A stretch of DNA of 64,000 nt from Bacteroidales bacterium (GTDB taxonomy: Bacteria > Bacteroidota > Bacteroidia > Bacteroidales > VadinHA17), in NCBI GenBank assembly GCA_029974835.1, contig JARKQN010000016.1:5379-69378 (forward strand), read 5' to 3'. The notes under the pieces are model-generated. The model worked only from the letters and a program-made list of their open reading frames with translations. It was not told the origin of the DNA and searched no databases. This document shows positions 54,676-63,554 of this stretch, one piece after another. How positions within the stretch are numbered: position 1 is the first letter of the stretch; the number at the start of each line of letters is the position of its first letter. The position numbers and the translations under genes are program-made.

Positions 54676-54930
54676 AATTTTTACCGGGTAATGGAATTTT
54701 TCAGGTTAGAAAAATTATCAAATAAAAAAAATTATCAGGTGATAAAAATTATCAGATAAGAAAAATTATCAGGTGATAAAAAATATCAAACAATAAAAAT
54801 TATCAGATAATAAAAATTATCAAATGATAAAATTTATCATTTAATAAAAATTATCATTTAATAAGAATTTTTATTTAATAAAAATTATCAGGTAATAAAA
54901 GTTATCAGGCAACTGAAAATATCCCTGATG
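54676..54930. repeat. Phased 17-bp tandem array (~15 units, consensus AAAAATTATCAGGTGAT)
   Basis: The core ATTATCA recurs exactly every 17 bp at 54714, 54731, 54748, 54765, 54782, 54799, 54816, 54833, 54850, (54867 degenerate), 54884, 54901 and 54918. Degenerate units lie at 54680 and 54697. Confidence 0.9.
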
Positions 54931-54946
54931 CCACCGCAAATGTTTT

Positions 54947-55459
54947 CTATAACAACATCCTCTCAATCTCGTCCCAGTTGCCCGCCCTCCTGTGCCTCGT
55001 TGTCAGATACAGATTATGCGGCTGTGTAAACATAATGGTCTCTCCTTCAAAGGTGTCAAGATTCTTTGGATGATCATCTACCAGTATATCTGCCTTAACA
55101 AGACTTTTGTCACCGCAGAAAACAATCTGACGCCAGGTTATAAACGGAAAATGCTCGTGCAGCCAATACTGCTTGTCTGTAAGACTCGCCGGAAATTCAG
55201 TGGCAAGTGAAATAATAACCACATGATACTTCTCATTCAGCTTCCTCACTCTTTCAATGCTTCCCGGCATCACCGGCAGACTCCTGAAAAATCCGGCCGA
55301 CATAACCCACTGCCTTTGCAGCGGAAACGCTTCCTCTTCAAGCTTGCCTGCCACATCATCCTGACATAATAACTCCCCTGTGACCTCTTTATGAAGCTCA
55401 AAAAGCCTGCTGTATACATCTGCCAGAACTCCGTCCATGTCAATTAGAATTCTTTTCAT
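54947..55459 (-). CDS. 5'(3')-deoxyribonucleotidase-like HAD phosphatase (NT5C family)
   Basis: 170 aa. HAD motif I ILIDMDGVLAD and C-terminal VDDHPKN. Confidence 0.6.
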   Translation of the reverse strand: MKRILIDMDGVLADVYSRLFELHKEVTGELLCQDDVAGKLEEEAFPLQRQWVMSAGFFRSLPVMPGSIERVRKLNEKYHVVIISLATEFPASLTDKQYWLHEHFPFITWRQIVFCGDKSLVKADILVDDHPKNLDTFEGETIMFTQPHNLYLTTRHRRAGNWDEIERMLL

Positions 55460-55471
55460 TCCTTATATAAG

Positions 55472-55479
55472 TATATTTG
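55472..55479 (+). promoter_or_regulatory. Candidate -7 box (TAtaTTTG)
   Basis: Matches TAnnTTTG 68 nt upstream of the ATG at 55547. No clean -33 box. Confidence 0.3.
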
Positions 55480-55546
55480 TATTTTCGATAAAAACCGGAT
55501 GAAATATTTTCTCCTCTAAGTTATTCTGTTTTATAAAAGCTCAGCT

Positions 55547-58321
55547 ATGAAGATACTACTTCATTTTCCGGCATGCCTTCTGACTCTTCAGGTCATTGCA
55601 TTTACGGCAGCCGGTCAGTCCGTTAAACTATCAGAAATCAGCGAATTCCGTATGCAGTCTTCACACGTGGTCCCGGACCCTCCTGACATTATTTCCCAAC
55701 CCGGCTATATATCCCCTGTTTACTGGATGCCGGTTAAAGTCCCCTCCACGGTGCTTTCGGCTCTAGTCCGGAATAAAATCTATCCCGACCCATATTATGG
55801 CCTGAATAACATGTTAATACCGGATGCCTCTGATGAGTTTAACAGACAATATGGCCTTGAAAAATACAGCCATCTTCCGGGTCTCCCAAATCCCTGGAGC
55901 AAACCTTATTGGTTCAGAACCGAATTCAATGTGCCGGAAGATGATGAGGGAAAACATTTTGAACTTATTTTCAAAGGTATCAACTACAGGGCAGGAGTGT
56001 GGCTGAACGGAAAACAGATTGCCGATTCCTCTGAAATGGCCGGTATGTTCTCAGAATACAGATTTGATATTTCAGGAAAGATAATTGCCGGCGGGAAGAA
56101 TGCCCTTGCCGTTAAAATCTATCCTCTCGACTATCCCGGACTGCCTGATACCGAACAGCTTGAAGCCATGGGTGATTTCTATTTAAACGGAGGAAAGACC
56201 GGGGACATAGGTAAAAATGTCACAATGCTCTGCTCGGTGGGGTGGGACTGGATCCCTCCTGTGAGGGACAGAAACATTGGTATATGGCAACCTGTTTACC
56301 TGAGAACATCGGGACAGGTTGTGATAGATAAACCCAAAGTGATCACCAACCTCCCTGCATTGCCGGATACTGCCACTGCCGAGGTGAGCATTTCATTCGG
56401 GGTAAAAAACTTCAGCACACGAACTGCCAGGGGCCGGATTACCGTCTCACTGATTCCTGAAACTTTCAGCGGAAACAAAGTCACTTTCACTAAAGAACTC
56501 ACCCTTGATCCCGGAGCAGCCCGCGAAGTCACTTACAATAAGACAAATACCAGTGAACTGACCATCAAAAACCCTGTGTTATGGTGGCCAAACGGGTACG
56601 GGAGACCTCATCTTTACAGGATAATAATCAGTTATCACGGACAGAATGAGGGCTCTGATGAAGTATCGTTTCTTACAGGCATATGTACCGTTGCCACAAA
56701 AGCCGTTCAGGTAAACGGGACCTGGCGCAGGGATTTTTATGTCAATGGCCGCCGTATACATATTACAGGCGGCGCATGGGTCCCCGACATGATGCTTAAC
56801 CGGGATTCGATACGCTATGATTATGAATTCAGACTATGCAGGAATTCAAATATTAACCTCGTAAGAATCTGGGGTGGCGGAGTGACACCGCCAGATTGGT
56901 TTTTCGATGCTGCCGACCGCTATGGATTGCTCATATGGTCTGATTTCTGGATAACAGGCGATACCCAGGGAGAATTCAAAGGTTCACCCGACTGGCCTCT
57001 TGACGGTGAGATATTTAAAAAGAATGTGACAAGCACAATTTACAGGATCAGGAATCATCCAAGCCTTATGGTATGGACGGGAGGAAACGAAGGGCATGCA
57101 CGAAAGGAACTGTATTACGCCATGCGCGACAGTGTTATCAGACTTGACGGCACCAGACCTTTTATACCAAGCTCCTCAGGTTTTGCCCGGCTGCCCGAAG
57201 GATGGGATGCCTCATGGCCCGACGGGCTGCCGGCAGGTGTTTACAGCGGAGGTCCTTACACCTGGCAGACCCCGGCCGAATACTTCAGAAGAGCTGACGC
57301 CGGACGCGACTGGGTGTTCAAGGATGAAACCGGCCTGCCTTCCCAACCCCCATACGAAAATCTCCCCGGAATAATAACAAACCTGGTGTGGGATAAGAGC
57401 CTTCCCTTTCCGCTTAACCATTCATGGGGATACCATGATGCTGCCACAGGCAACGGACGCTACGACCTCTACTATAACGAAATGGTAAAACATTACGGAC
57501 CACCTGCGACAATGAAAGAATTCTCCGATAAAATGCAGCTTATGAATGCAAGCGGCTACCGTGGAATATTTGAAGCAGCCGGTCACAGACTCAACGAAAC
57601 AGGCGGTGTGATGCTCTGGAAACTGAATGCAGCCTTCCCAAGTGTGGTTTGGCAGGTGTACGACTGGTATCTTATGCCCAACGCAGGTTATTACTTTATG
57701 CAAAATGCCTGCGAACCTGTCCATATACAGTTTAATCCGAAAGACCTGCTGGTAGAATATGTTAACAGAACCTTTAAGCCGCTTTCCAACCTTGAGTCAG
57801 TAATAAAAATATACGATATAAAGTCAAAACTTATTTACAGCCGGTCTGAAAAGGTGAGTCTTGAAGGCCCCTCTTCTGCAGGCAGCATTTCACTTGCCGA
57901 CGCTCTTTCAAAAAACCCGGGAGTCTCTTTTATAGTGCTTAATTTATCCGGTAAAACCGGGAAAAATATTTCGCACAATGTTTACTGGCATTCGGCGTCG
58001 AACGATTTCACAGCACTCAACTCACTTTCTGAAACTAATGTTATAATTAAGCTTACGGGCAATACAGTAACAGAAAATGAAAGAAGGTGGAGCTTAGCTG
58101 TCAGCAATCCTTCGGACAGAATAGCATTCTTTATCAATCTCCGGCTTATGTCGGGTGATGAGGAGATTACGCCCTCGTTCTGGTCGGCTAACTATTTTAC
58201 TTTAGCTCCGGGGGAGTCGCTTAATCTTACGGTTAGCTGCCCTGAGGAGAAGCTGGCAGGTAAAAAGCCCTTCCTGAAAACCGGAGGCTGGAACATAAAG
58301 GAAACTTCAACAGAGCTTTAG
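55547..58321 (+). CDS. Glycoside hydrolase family 2 (exo-beta-glucosaminidase / beta-mannosidase-like)
   Basis: 924 aa with a signal peptide. GH2 architecture: N-terminal sugar-binding (FKGINYRAGVWLNG), TIM barrel (NLVRIWGGG, HPSLMVWTGGNEG) and C-terminal Ig-like domains. Confidence 0.8.
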   Translation: MKILLHFPACLLTLQVIAFTAAGQSVKLSEISEFRMQSSHVVPDPPDIISQPGYISPVYWMPVKVPSTVLSALVRNKIYPDPYYGLNNMLIPDASDEFNRQYGLEKYSHLPGLPNPWSKPYWFRTEFNVPEDDEGKHFELIFKGINYRAGVWLNGKQIADSSEMAGMFSEYRFDISGKIIAGGKNALAVKIYPLDYPGLPDTEQLEAMGDFYLNGGKTGDIGKNVTMLCSVGWDWIPPVRDRNIGIWQPVYLRTSGQVVIDKPKVITNLPALPDTATAEVSISFGVKNFSTRTARGRITVSLIPETFSGNKVTFTKELTLDPGAAREVTYNKTNTSELTIKNPVLWWPNGYGRPHLYRIIISYHGQNEGSDEVSFLTGICTVATKAVQVNGTWRRDFYVNGRRIHITGGAWVPDMMLNRDSIRYDYEFRLCRNSNINLVRIWGGGVTPPDWFFDAADRYGLLIWSDFWITGDTQGEFKGSPDWPLDGEIFKKNVTSTIYRIRNHPSLMVWTGGNEGHARKELYYAMRDSVIRLDGTRPFIPSSSGFARLPEGWDASWPDGLPAGVYSGGPYTWQTPAEYFRRADAGRDWVFKDETGLPSQPPYENLPGIITNLVWDKSLPFPLNHSWGYHDAATGNGRYDLYYNEMVKHYGPPATMKEFSDKMQLMNASGYRGIFEAAGHRLNETGGVMLWKLNAAFPSVVWQVYDWYLMPNAGYYFMQNACEPVHIQFNPKDLLVEYVNRTFKPLSNLESVIKIYDIKSKLIYSRSEKVSLEGPSSAGSISLADALSKNPGVSFIVLNLSGKTGKNISHNVYWHSASNDFTALNSLSETNVIIKLTGNTVTENERRWSLAVSNPSDRIAFFINLRLMSGDEEITPSFWSANYFTLAPGESLNLTVSCPEEKLAGKKPFLKTGGWNIKETSTEL

Positions 58322-59914
58322 TCAGTCCGAAGTTCTGAATTGCGGCGGTCTCCTGTGCATGGTGGCCTGTTCGTATCCGTATGCTATCTCAATAAGTACC
58401 GGTTCACTCCAGGCTGTACCAAAAAATGATATTCCAACCGGAAGACCTTCAATAAATCCTGCCGGTACAGTTATTGACGGGTAACCTGCTATCGCGGCAA
58501 GTGATGAACTGCCTCCTGTGAAATGATCTCCCAGGATAAGGTCAGTTTTCCATGCAGGTGACCCGGTGGGCGCAATAAGAGCATCAAGGTTGTATTCCCT
58601 TAGAAGCCGGTCAATGCCGTTGCGCCGCGAAGCCTGATGCATCCTTTCAAGGGCAATCCTGTATTCCTGCGATTCAAGACCTCCTTTTTCACGGGCAGCT
58701 TCAAAAACCTCCTGCCCAAACCACCTTAACTCAACGGAGTCTCTTCTGTTAAACTCAATGAGATCATCAAGGGTACGGTAAGGTATGCTGCTGTCGAGGG
58801 AAGAGAGATATCTGTTTATCCCGTCTTTGAACTCATAGAGCATTACCTGATATGAAGCTGCACTGTAGCCTCTTGAAGGGGACCGGACGTCTATCACTTC
58901 CGCACCATTCATTTCCATGTCACGTACAGCTCTTGAAATTATAGTATCAACTATCCTGTTGAATCCCATCATATCACGAAGAAGACCTATTCTTTTGCCG
59001 GATAAGCCATTACCCTTAAGAAAAGGAGTGTAATCGTCCTTTGCCAGACCGCGTGAATCTGAAGTTTTAGAATCGCGTTCGTCAATACCGGTCAGTGGGC
59101 CAAGCATTCTTACTGCATCTTCCACTGTCCTTGCCATTGGTCCGGGTGTGTCCTGTGAGAAGGAAATGGGAATTATTCCCGAACGGCTGATGAGGCCCAC
59201 GGTTGGTTTTATACCTACGATGCCATTGTTATTTGAAGGGCATACGACAGAACCGTTTGTTTCTGTGCCTATTGCAGTCATACACAGATTGGCAGATACG
59301 GCTACTGCTGAACCTGAGCTCGAACCGCACGGATTCCTGTCGAGTACGTACGGGTTTCTGGTTTGCCCCGCAATGCCGCTCCAGCCGCTGGATGAGCTTG
59401 TCGACCTGAAATTGGCCCACTCGCTCAGATTGGCTTTCGCAATTATTATTGCACCAGCCATTCTGAGCCTTGCCGCTACATAACTGTCTTTCGCCGGGAA
59501 TGATCTGGCAAGGGCCCTTGATCCGCCTGTATTTGGCATCTTATCGTGGGTGTCGATATTGTCTTTAAGCATAACCGGAACCCCGAAAAGGGGCCCCGAC
59601 ATACCTGAGTGTTTAAGAACTTTGTCGAGCGAATCTGCAATTACAAGAGCATCCGGATTTATGGTTATCACAGAGTTAAGACAGGGTCCGTTTTTATCAA
59701 TGGCATTTATCCTTTCGATGTAATCCGATACAACCCTGTGCACAGTGAATTCACCTTTCATATAACCCTGGTGCAACCGTGAGATTGTCATCTCTTCAAG
59801 GTAGGAGGCGGGAAATGATTTACCGTTGGTTTTACCTGTTTCCTGTCGGCATGATACCGAAAATAACATTGCAACAAAAGACATTGATATCAGGATTCCG
59901 GGAAAGGATTTCAT
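58322..59914 (-). CDS. Secreted amidase (amidase-signature family)
   Basis: 530 aa with a signal peptide. AS-family core GGSRALA...CGSSSGSAVAVSA...GTETNGSVVCPS. Its stop abuts the GH2 stop. Confidence 0.85.
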   Translation of the reverse strand: MKSFPGILISMSFVAMLFSVSCRQETGKTNGKSFPASYLEEMTISRLHQGYMKGEFTVHRVVSDYIERINAIDKNGPCLNSVITINPDALVIADSLDKVLKHSGMSGPLFGVPVMLKDNIDTHDKMPNTGGSRALARSFPAKDSYVAARLRMAGAIIIAKANLSEWANFRSTSSSSGWSGIAGQTRNPYVLDRNPCGSSSGSAVAVSANLCMTAIGTETNGSVVCPSNNNGIVGIKPTVGLISRSGIIPISFSQDTPGPMARTVEDAVRMLGPLTGIDERDSKTSDSRGLAKDDYTPFLKGNGLSGKRIGLLRDMMGFNRIVDTIISRAVRDMEMNGAEVIDVRSPSRGYSAASYQVMLYEFKDGINRYLSSLDSSIPYRTLDDLIEFNRRDSVELRWFGQEVFEAAREKGGLESQEYRIALERMHQASRRNGIDRLLREYNLDALIAPTGSPAWKTDLILGDHFTGGSSSLAAIAGYPSITVPAGFIEGLPVGISFFGTAWSEPVLIEIAYGYEQATMHRRPPQFRTSD

Positions 59915-59950
59915 AGGTATTGGTTTTAAGTTAAAAACTTTGTTCTCTTA

Positions 59951-60922
59951 TTACTGTGACCATGGCCGTGGCTTCCTGTCCCATCGGTGTTTTCTAAGCT
60001 CTCTGATCAGGTCAGGGCTCAGCGGGCCGTCGTCACTTGTTTTCATATTGGAAGTTACATGGGTGGTTTTTCTCATTCCGGGTATTGTGGTGGCGACGGC
60101 TGGTTCGCTTAGTATAAAGCGAAGAGCCATCTCAGGTAAAGTCATGCCTGCGGGCACTGACTTTTTAAGTGCGTCAACCTTTTCGACCGTAGGAATAAGG
60201 TTCTCCGGAACAAAATATGTATTTCTCCAGTCGCCCTCAGGCCATTTTGAGTCCAATGTCAGAGTGCCAGTAAGAGACCCCTCATCAAAAGGGACCCTGG
60301 CAATTACAGCCACATTCATTTCACGGCATGCAGGAAAAAGTTCATCTTCGGGGTTCTGGTCGAAAATATTGTAGATTACCTGCACAGCATCAATTAAACC
60401 GCTTCTTACAGCCCTGATGCCGTTCCATGGCTCCCATCTGTTTATGCTTATCCCGATTGCATTGAAAAATCCCTGTCCCTTCAGGTCAAGCAACTTCTTC
60501 ATAAGCCTTTCATCATCAAGCCATTTATCATTCCAGGTGTGTATCTGCACAAGATCGTATGAAGTGAATCCGGCATTCTTCAGACTCTTTTCAACATACT
60601 CCTCAATATGTTCGGGAGGGTAACAGTCGTCGACAGTGAATTCATCGCGGGCTGGCCATTTAAGGTTTTTTGGCGGGATTTTTGTCGCCGTATAAAGTTT
60701 TTTGTCGCTGTTGGCCCTTACAAGTTGTCCGAGCAGCGACTCGCTTTTACCGTTACCATAGGCGTAGGCAGTATCGAAAAAGTTACAACCCAGGTCGACA
60801 GCCATCTGAAGAGAGCGAAACGTTTCTTCATCGTCAGAGCCTGTCCATCCGGCCAGTCCCCACATCCCGTAACCTATCTCACTGATTTTCCATCCTGATT
60901 TGCCAAATATTCTGTATTTCAT
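59951..60922 (-). CDS. Aldo/keto reductase
   Basis: I prefer the ATG at 60922 (MKYRIFGKSGWKISEIGYGMWG, the canonical AKR N-terminus). The track start at 60985 is a TTG inside a promoter-like gatatTTG. Also carries FFDTAYAYGNGKSE. Confidence 0.85.
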   Translation of the reverse strand: MKYRIFGKSGWKISEIGYGMWGLAGWTGSDDEETFRSLQMAVDLGCNFFDTAYAYGNGKSESLLGQLVRANSDKKLYTATKIPPKNLKWPARDEFTVDDCYPPEHIEEYVEKSLKNAGFTSYDLVQIHTWNDKWLDDERLMKKLLDLKGQGFFNAIGISINRWEPWNGIRAVRSGLIDAVQVIYNIFDQNPEDELFPACREMNVAVIARVPFDEGSLTGTLTLDSKWPEGDWRNTYFVPENLIPTVEKVDALKKSVPAGMTLPEMALRFILSEPAVATTIPGMRKTTHVTSNMKTSDDGPLSPDLIRELRKHRWDRKPRPWSQ

Positions 60923-61066
60923 AAGCGGTTTTATTTGTGAATGAATATACAATTTTTTACCGTATGAACTCATACAGATGAACAAATATCACACATTACG
61001 CCCTCCCCCTCTCTATCCGGAAAGGTGGAATTAGGAGGAGGTGAGAGTGAGGGTTAGAGAGAGTGG

Positions 61067-61102
61067 GAGAGTGAGTGTGAGAGTGAGTGTGAGAGTGAGT
61101 GT
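61067..61102. repeat. 12-bp tandem repeat (GAGAGTGAGTGT x3) inside a ~100-nt tract with almost no C on the + strand
   Basis: Three perfect units at 61067, 61079 and 61091. The surrounding 61018-61120 region holds only 1-2 C residues on the + strand. Confidence 0.85.
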
Positions 61103-61140
61103 GAGCAGAGGGGAGAGAGGTGCTGGCAGGACAGAAAAGC

Positions 61141-61170
61141 AAAAAACCCGCAGTTGTAAAGCTGCGGGGG
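61141..61170 (-). terminator. Intrinsic terminator downstream of tRNA-Ser
   Basis: On the minus strand: cccgcag-ctttacaa-ctgcggg followed by TTTTTT (complement of 61141-61146). Confidence 0.7.
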
Positions 61171-61183
61171 CAATTTTCCGGTG

Positions 61184-61272
61184 CGGAGAGAGGGGGATTC
61201 GAACCCCCGGTCCCGCGATAGCGGAACAACGGTTTTCGAGACCGCCCCATTCGACCACTCTGGCATCTCTCC
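61184..61272 (-). tRNA. tRNA-Ser (anticodon CGA)
   Basis: The reverse complement folds as a class II cloverleaf. Acceptor GGAGAGA/TCTCTCC, anticodon stem GCGGU/ACCGU with loop CU-CGA-AA, long variable arm, T-arm GGGGG-TTCGAAT-CCCCC. Length 89 nt, CCA not encoded. Confidence 0.9.
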
Positions 61273-61311
61273 CTGTAACTGACCAATCAGAATTGGTGGC
61301 CGTAGGCGCCG

Positions 61312-61344
61312 CAAATATAAATAAATGTATTCTATTTATTACAA
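61312..61344 (-). promoter_or_regulatory. Candidate promoter for tRNA-Ser (-7 TAtaTTTG, upstream TTG)
   Basis: The complement of 61312-61319 is TATATTTG, 40 nt upstream of the mature 5' end. A TTG (complement of 61342-61344) lies 22 nt further upstream. Confidence 0.4.
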
Positions 61345-61433
61345 TTTCCGTATGCTCAATAAAGATCATGATATTTGAATACTTAGAGATAATGTATAAT
61401 TCTTATCTTAGTACTCCTTTCAAAAATTGCAAA

Positions 61434-63542
61434 ATGAATATAAGAAATTCTTTAAAGCTGATTGCACTTCTGGCTTTCGGCATTACACAGTCTTGTAACA
61501 AAGCAGAAAAAACAGAGGATATGTCAAACCCTTTTTTCAGTGAATATAAAACCCCGTTCAATCTCCCTCCGTTCGGGAGGATAAGGGCAGGCCATTACCT
61601 GCCTGCATTTGAAAAAGGCCTTGATGAGGCAAGGGAAGATCTGAAGAAAATAATTGAAAACAAAGAAACACCGACATTTAAGAACACTGTTGAAGCCCTT
61701 GACAGGATGGGATCTCTGCTTAACAGGGTAAGCGATGTGTTTTTTGCCCAGGCAGGCGCAAATACCAATGACACCATACAGGAGGTTGAGATTAAAATAT
61801 CACCTTTATTGTCTGCTTTCGGGGACGAAGTGATGCTTAACCCGGTGATCTTTGAAAAAATCAGCAAAGTCTATGAAAACCGTGCAAAATATTCTCTTAC
61901 AGACGAACAGCAGTTTATGCTCGGGAACCTTTATAAAAGTTTTTTACGAAACGGTGCAAGACTTGACAGGGAAGGTCAGGATACTCTTAAGAAAATAAAT
62001 CAGCGACTCTCGGTTCTGACAGTAAAATTCAGCCAGAATGTCCTGGCTGAGACCAATAACTACAGGCTTGTCATTGATAATGAAAAAGACCTTGCAGGGC
62101 TCCCTGAAACCCTTATTGCCTCTGCCGCAGAAGAGGCTGAGGCAGCCGGACTGAAAGGCAGGTGGGTCTTTACAACCAAGAGACCAAGCATATTTCCATT
62201 CCTGACATACTCCGAGAACCGGGAAAAGAGAAAGGAGTTGTTTACGGCATATATCATGAGGGGAAACAACGGAAATGAATACGACAACAATGAAATACTT
62301 GCCGAGATTATACGACTCAGGGCCGAACGGGCAAAACTCCTGGGATACAGGGATCATGCCTCCCTGGTTCTGGAAAAATCCATGGCCGGAAATCCGGAAA
62401 ATGTCTTTACCCTGCTTAATAATCTCTGGCAGAAAGCCATACCGGTTGCCGTAAGGGAACGCGATGAAATGCAGTCACTCGCATCCTCTGAGGGCAGGCG
62501 ATTTAAGATTGAACCGTGGGACTGGTGGTATTATGCCGAGAAGGTAAGGAAAAACAAATATGATCTGGATGACAGTGAACTGCGCCCCTATTTTAAGCTG
62601 GAGAATGTGCTGAAGGGCGCCTTTGACGTGGCAGAACGGCTATACGGCATCAGGTTCAAACCACTTGCGGACGTACCGCTGCCCCATCCCGAAGCCCTGG
62701 CTTTTGAAGTGGTTGAAGCTGATAACTCGCATACCGGAATACTCTATTTCGATTTTCCTCCGCGTGCAAGTAAACAGCAGGGTGCCTGGTGCGGAACATA
62801 CAGATCGCACCATATTGAAAAGAATAAGGAAATAAAACCTGTCGTAACAACAGTATTTAATTTCACAAGGCCTTCAGGTGATACTCCCGCTCTTCTCAGT
62901 CTCGAGGAGGTCTCAACTCTGTTTCATGAATTCGGGCACGCTCTTGAGAGCCTTTTCAACAAAGCAGTCTATCATGAGACCTTTGTTGCTACAGATTTTG
63001 TTGAGTTGCCGTCGCAGATTATGGAACACTGGGCTATAGAGCCTGAAGTTCTTAAGCTCTATGCCAAACATTACGCTTCAGGGGAAGTTATACCTGATGA
63101 GCTTGTTGCAAAAATCCGGAAAAGCAGGCTCTTTAACCAGGGTTTCGAAACTGTTGAGTATCTCGCTGCTTCGCTGCTTGATATGTCATTCCATACCCTT
63201 GAGGCACCTGTTGCCATTAATATACAGGAATATGAAAGAAATTATTTCAAATCGGTGGGCCTGATACCGGAGATTGTATCGCGGTACAGAAGCACCTATT
63301 TCCTTCATATCACCGGCGGTTATGATGCAGGCTATTACAGTTATATCTGGTCGGCAGTGCTCGATAATGATGCTTATGAGGCATTCCGGAGTAAAGGTAT
63401 TTTTGACAGGGAAACAGCCCTGTCATTCCGCCGGAATATACTCGAGAGAAACGGTACCATGGATCCAATGAAGATGTATGTGAATTTCAGAGGCCGTGAA
63501 CCGGAAATTGAGCCTCTTCTGAGGAACCGCGGACTGATCTGA
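61434..63542 (+). CDS. dcp: Peptidyl-dipeptidase Dcp (M3 family zinc metallopeptidase)
   Basis: I prefer the ATG at 61434 (MNIRNSLKLIALLAFGITQSC lipoprotein signal). The track extension to 61041 runs antisense through the tRNA and the low-complexity repeat. Carries the HEFGH zinc motif (LFHEFGHALE) and M3 C-terminal pattern GGYDAGYYSY. Confidence 0.9.
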   Translation: MNIRNSLKLIALLAFGITQSCNKAEKTEDMSNPFFSEYKTPFNLPPFGRIRAGHYLPAFEKGLDEAREDLKKIIENKETPTFKNTVEALDRMGSLLNRVSDVFFAQAGANTNDTIQEVEIKISPLLSAFGDEVMLNPVIFEKISKVYENRAKYSLTDEQQFMLGNLYKSFLRNGARLDREGQDTLKKINQRLSVLTVKFSQNVLAETNNYRLVIDNEKDLAGLPETLIASAAEEAEAAGLKGRWVFTTKRPSIFPFLTYSENREKRKELFTAYIMRGNNGNEYDNNEILAEIIRLRAERAKLLGYRDHASLVLEKSMAGNPENVFTLLNNLWQKAIPVAVRERDEMQSLASSEGRRFKIEPWDWWYYAEKVRKNKYDLDDSELRPYFKLENVLKGAFDVAERLYGIRFKPLADVPLPHPEALAFEVVEADNSHTGILYFDFPPRASKQQGAWCGTYRSHHIEKNKEIKPVVTTVFNFTRPSGDTPALLSLEEVSTLFHEFGHALESLFNKAVYHETFVATDFVELPSQIMEHWAIEPEVLKLYAKHYASGEVIPDELVAKIRKSRLFNQGFETVEYLAASLLDMSFHTLEAPVAINIQEYERNYFKSVGLIPEIVSRYRSTYFLHITGGYDAGYYSYIWSAVLDNDAYEAFRSKGIFDRETALSFRRNILERNGTMDPMKMYVNFRGREPEIEPLLRNRGLI

Positions 63543-63554
63543 TCATTGTCGCAA

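Noticed and set aside
54676-54930. CRISPR-like or coding tandem repeat.
   Set aside because: - The units are contiguous (17-bp period, no spacers) and more than 80% AT.
- Stop codons occur in all frames.
- It is a non-coding minisatellite.
58316-58327. Zero-nt gap between the convergent GH2 and amidase stops, considered as a possible overlapping or recoded gene junction.
   Set aside because: - Both ORFs end at clean stop codons (TAG at 58319-58321 and the complement TGA at 58322-58324).
- This is simply tight convergent packing without a terminator hairpin.
60923-60985. 21-codon N-terminal extension of the aldo/keto reductase (TTG start in the track).
   Set aside because: - The TTG sits inside a promoter-like gatatTTG.
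- AKR proteins canonically begin MKYR.LG.(S/T)G, which matches the ATG at 60922.
61041-61433. N-terminal 131-aa extension of the 833-aa track ORF (MRVRVRESGRVSVRVSV...).
   Set aside because: - It reads through the low-complexity 12-bp repeat and runs antisense through tRNA-Ser and its terminator.
- A proper lipoprotein signal begins at the ATG at 61434, so the Dcp CDS starts there.
60985-61434. tRNA-Ser as the attachment site of an integrated mobile element or genomic island.
   Set aside because: - No integrase, excisionase, transposase or direct repeat of the tRNA 3' end is visible within the window.
- The flanking genes (AKR, Dcp) look like ordinary housekeeping genes.
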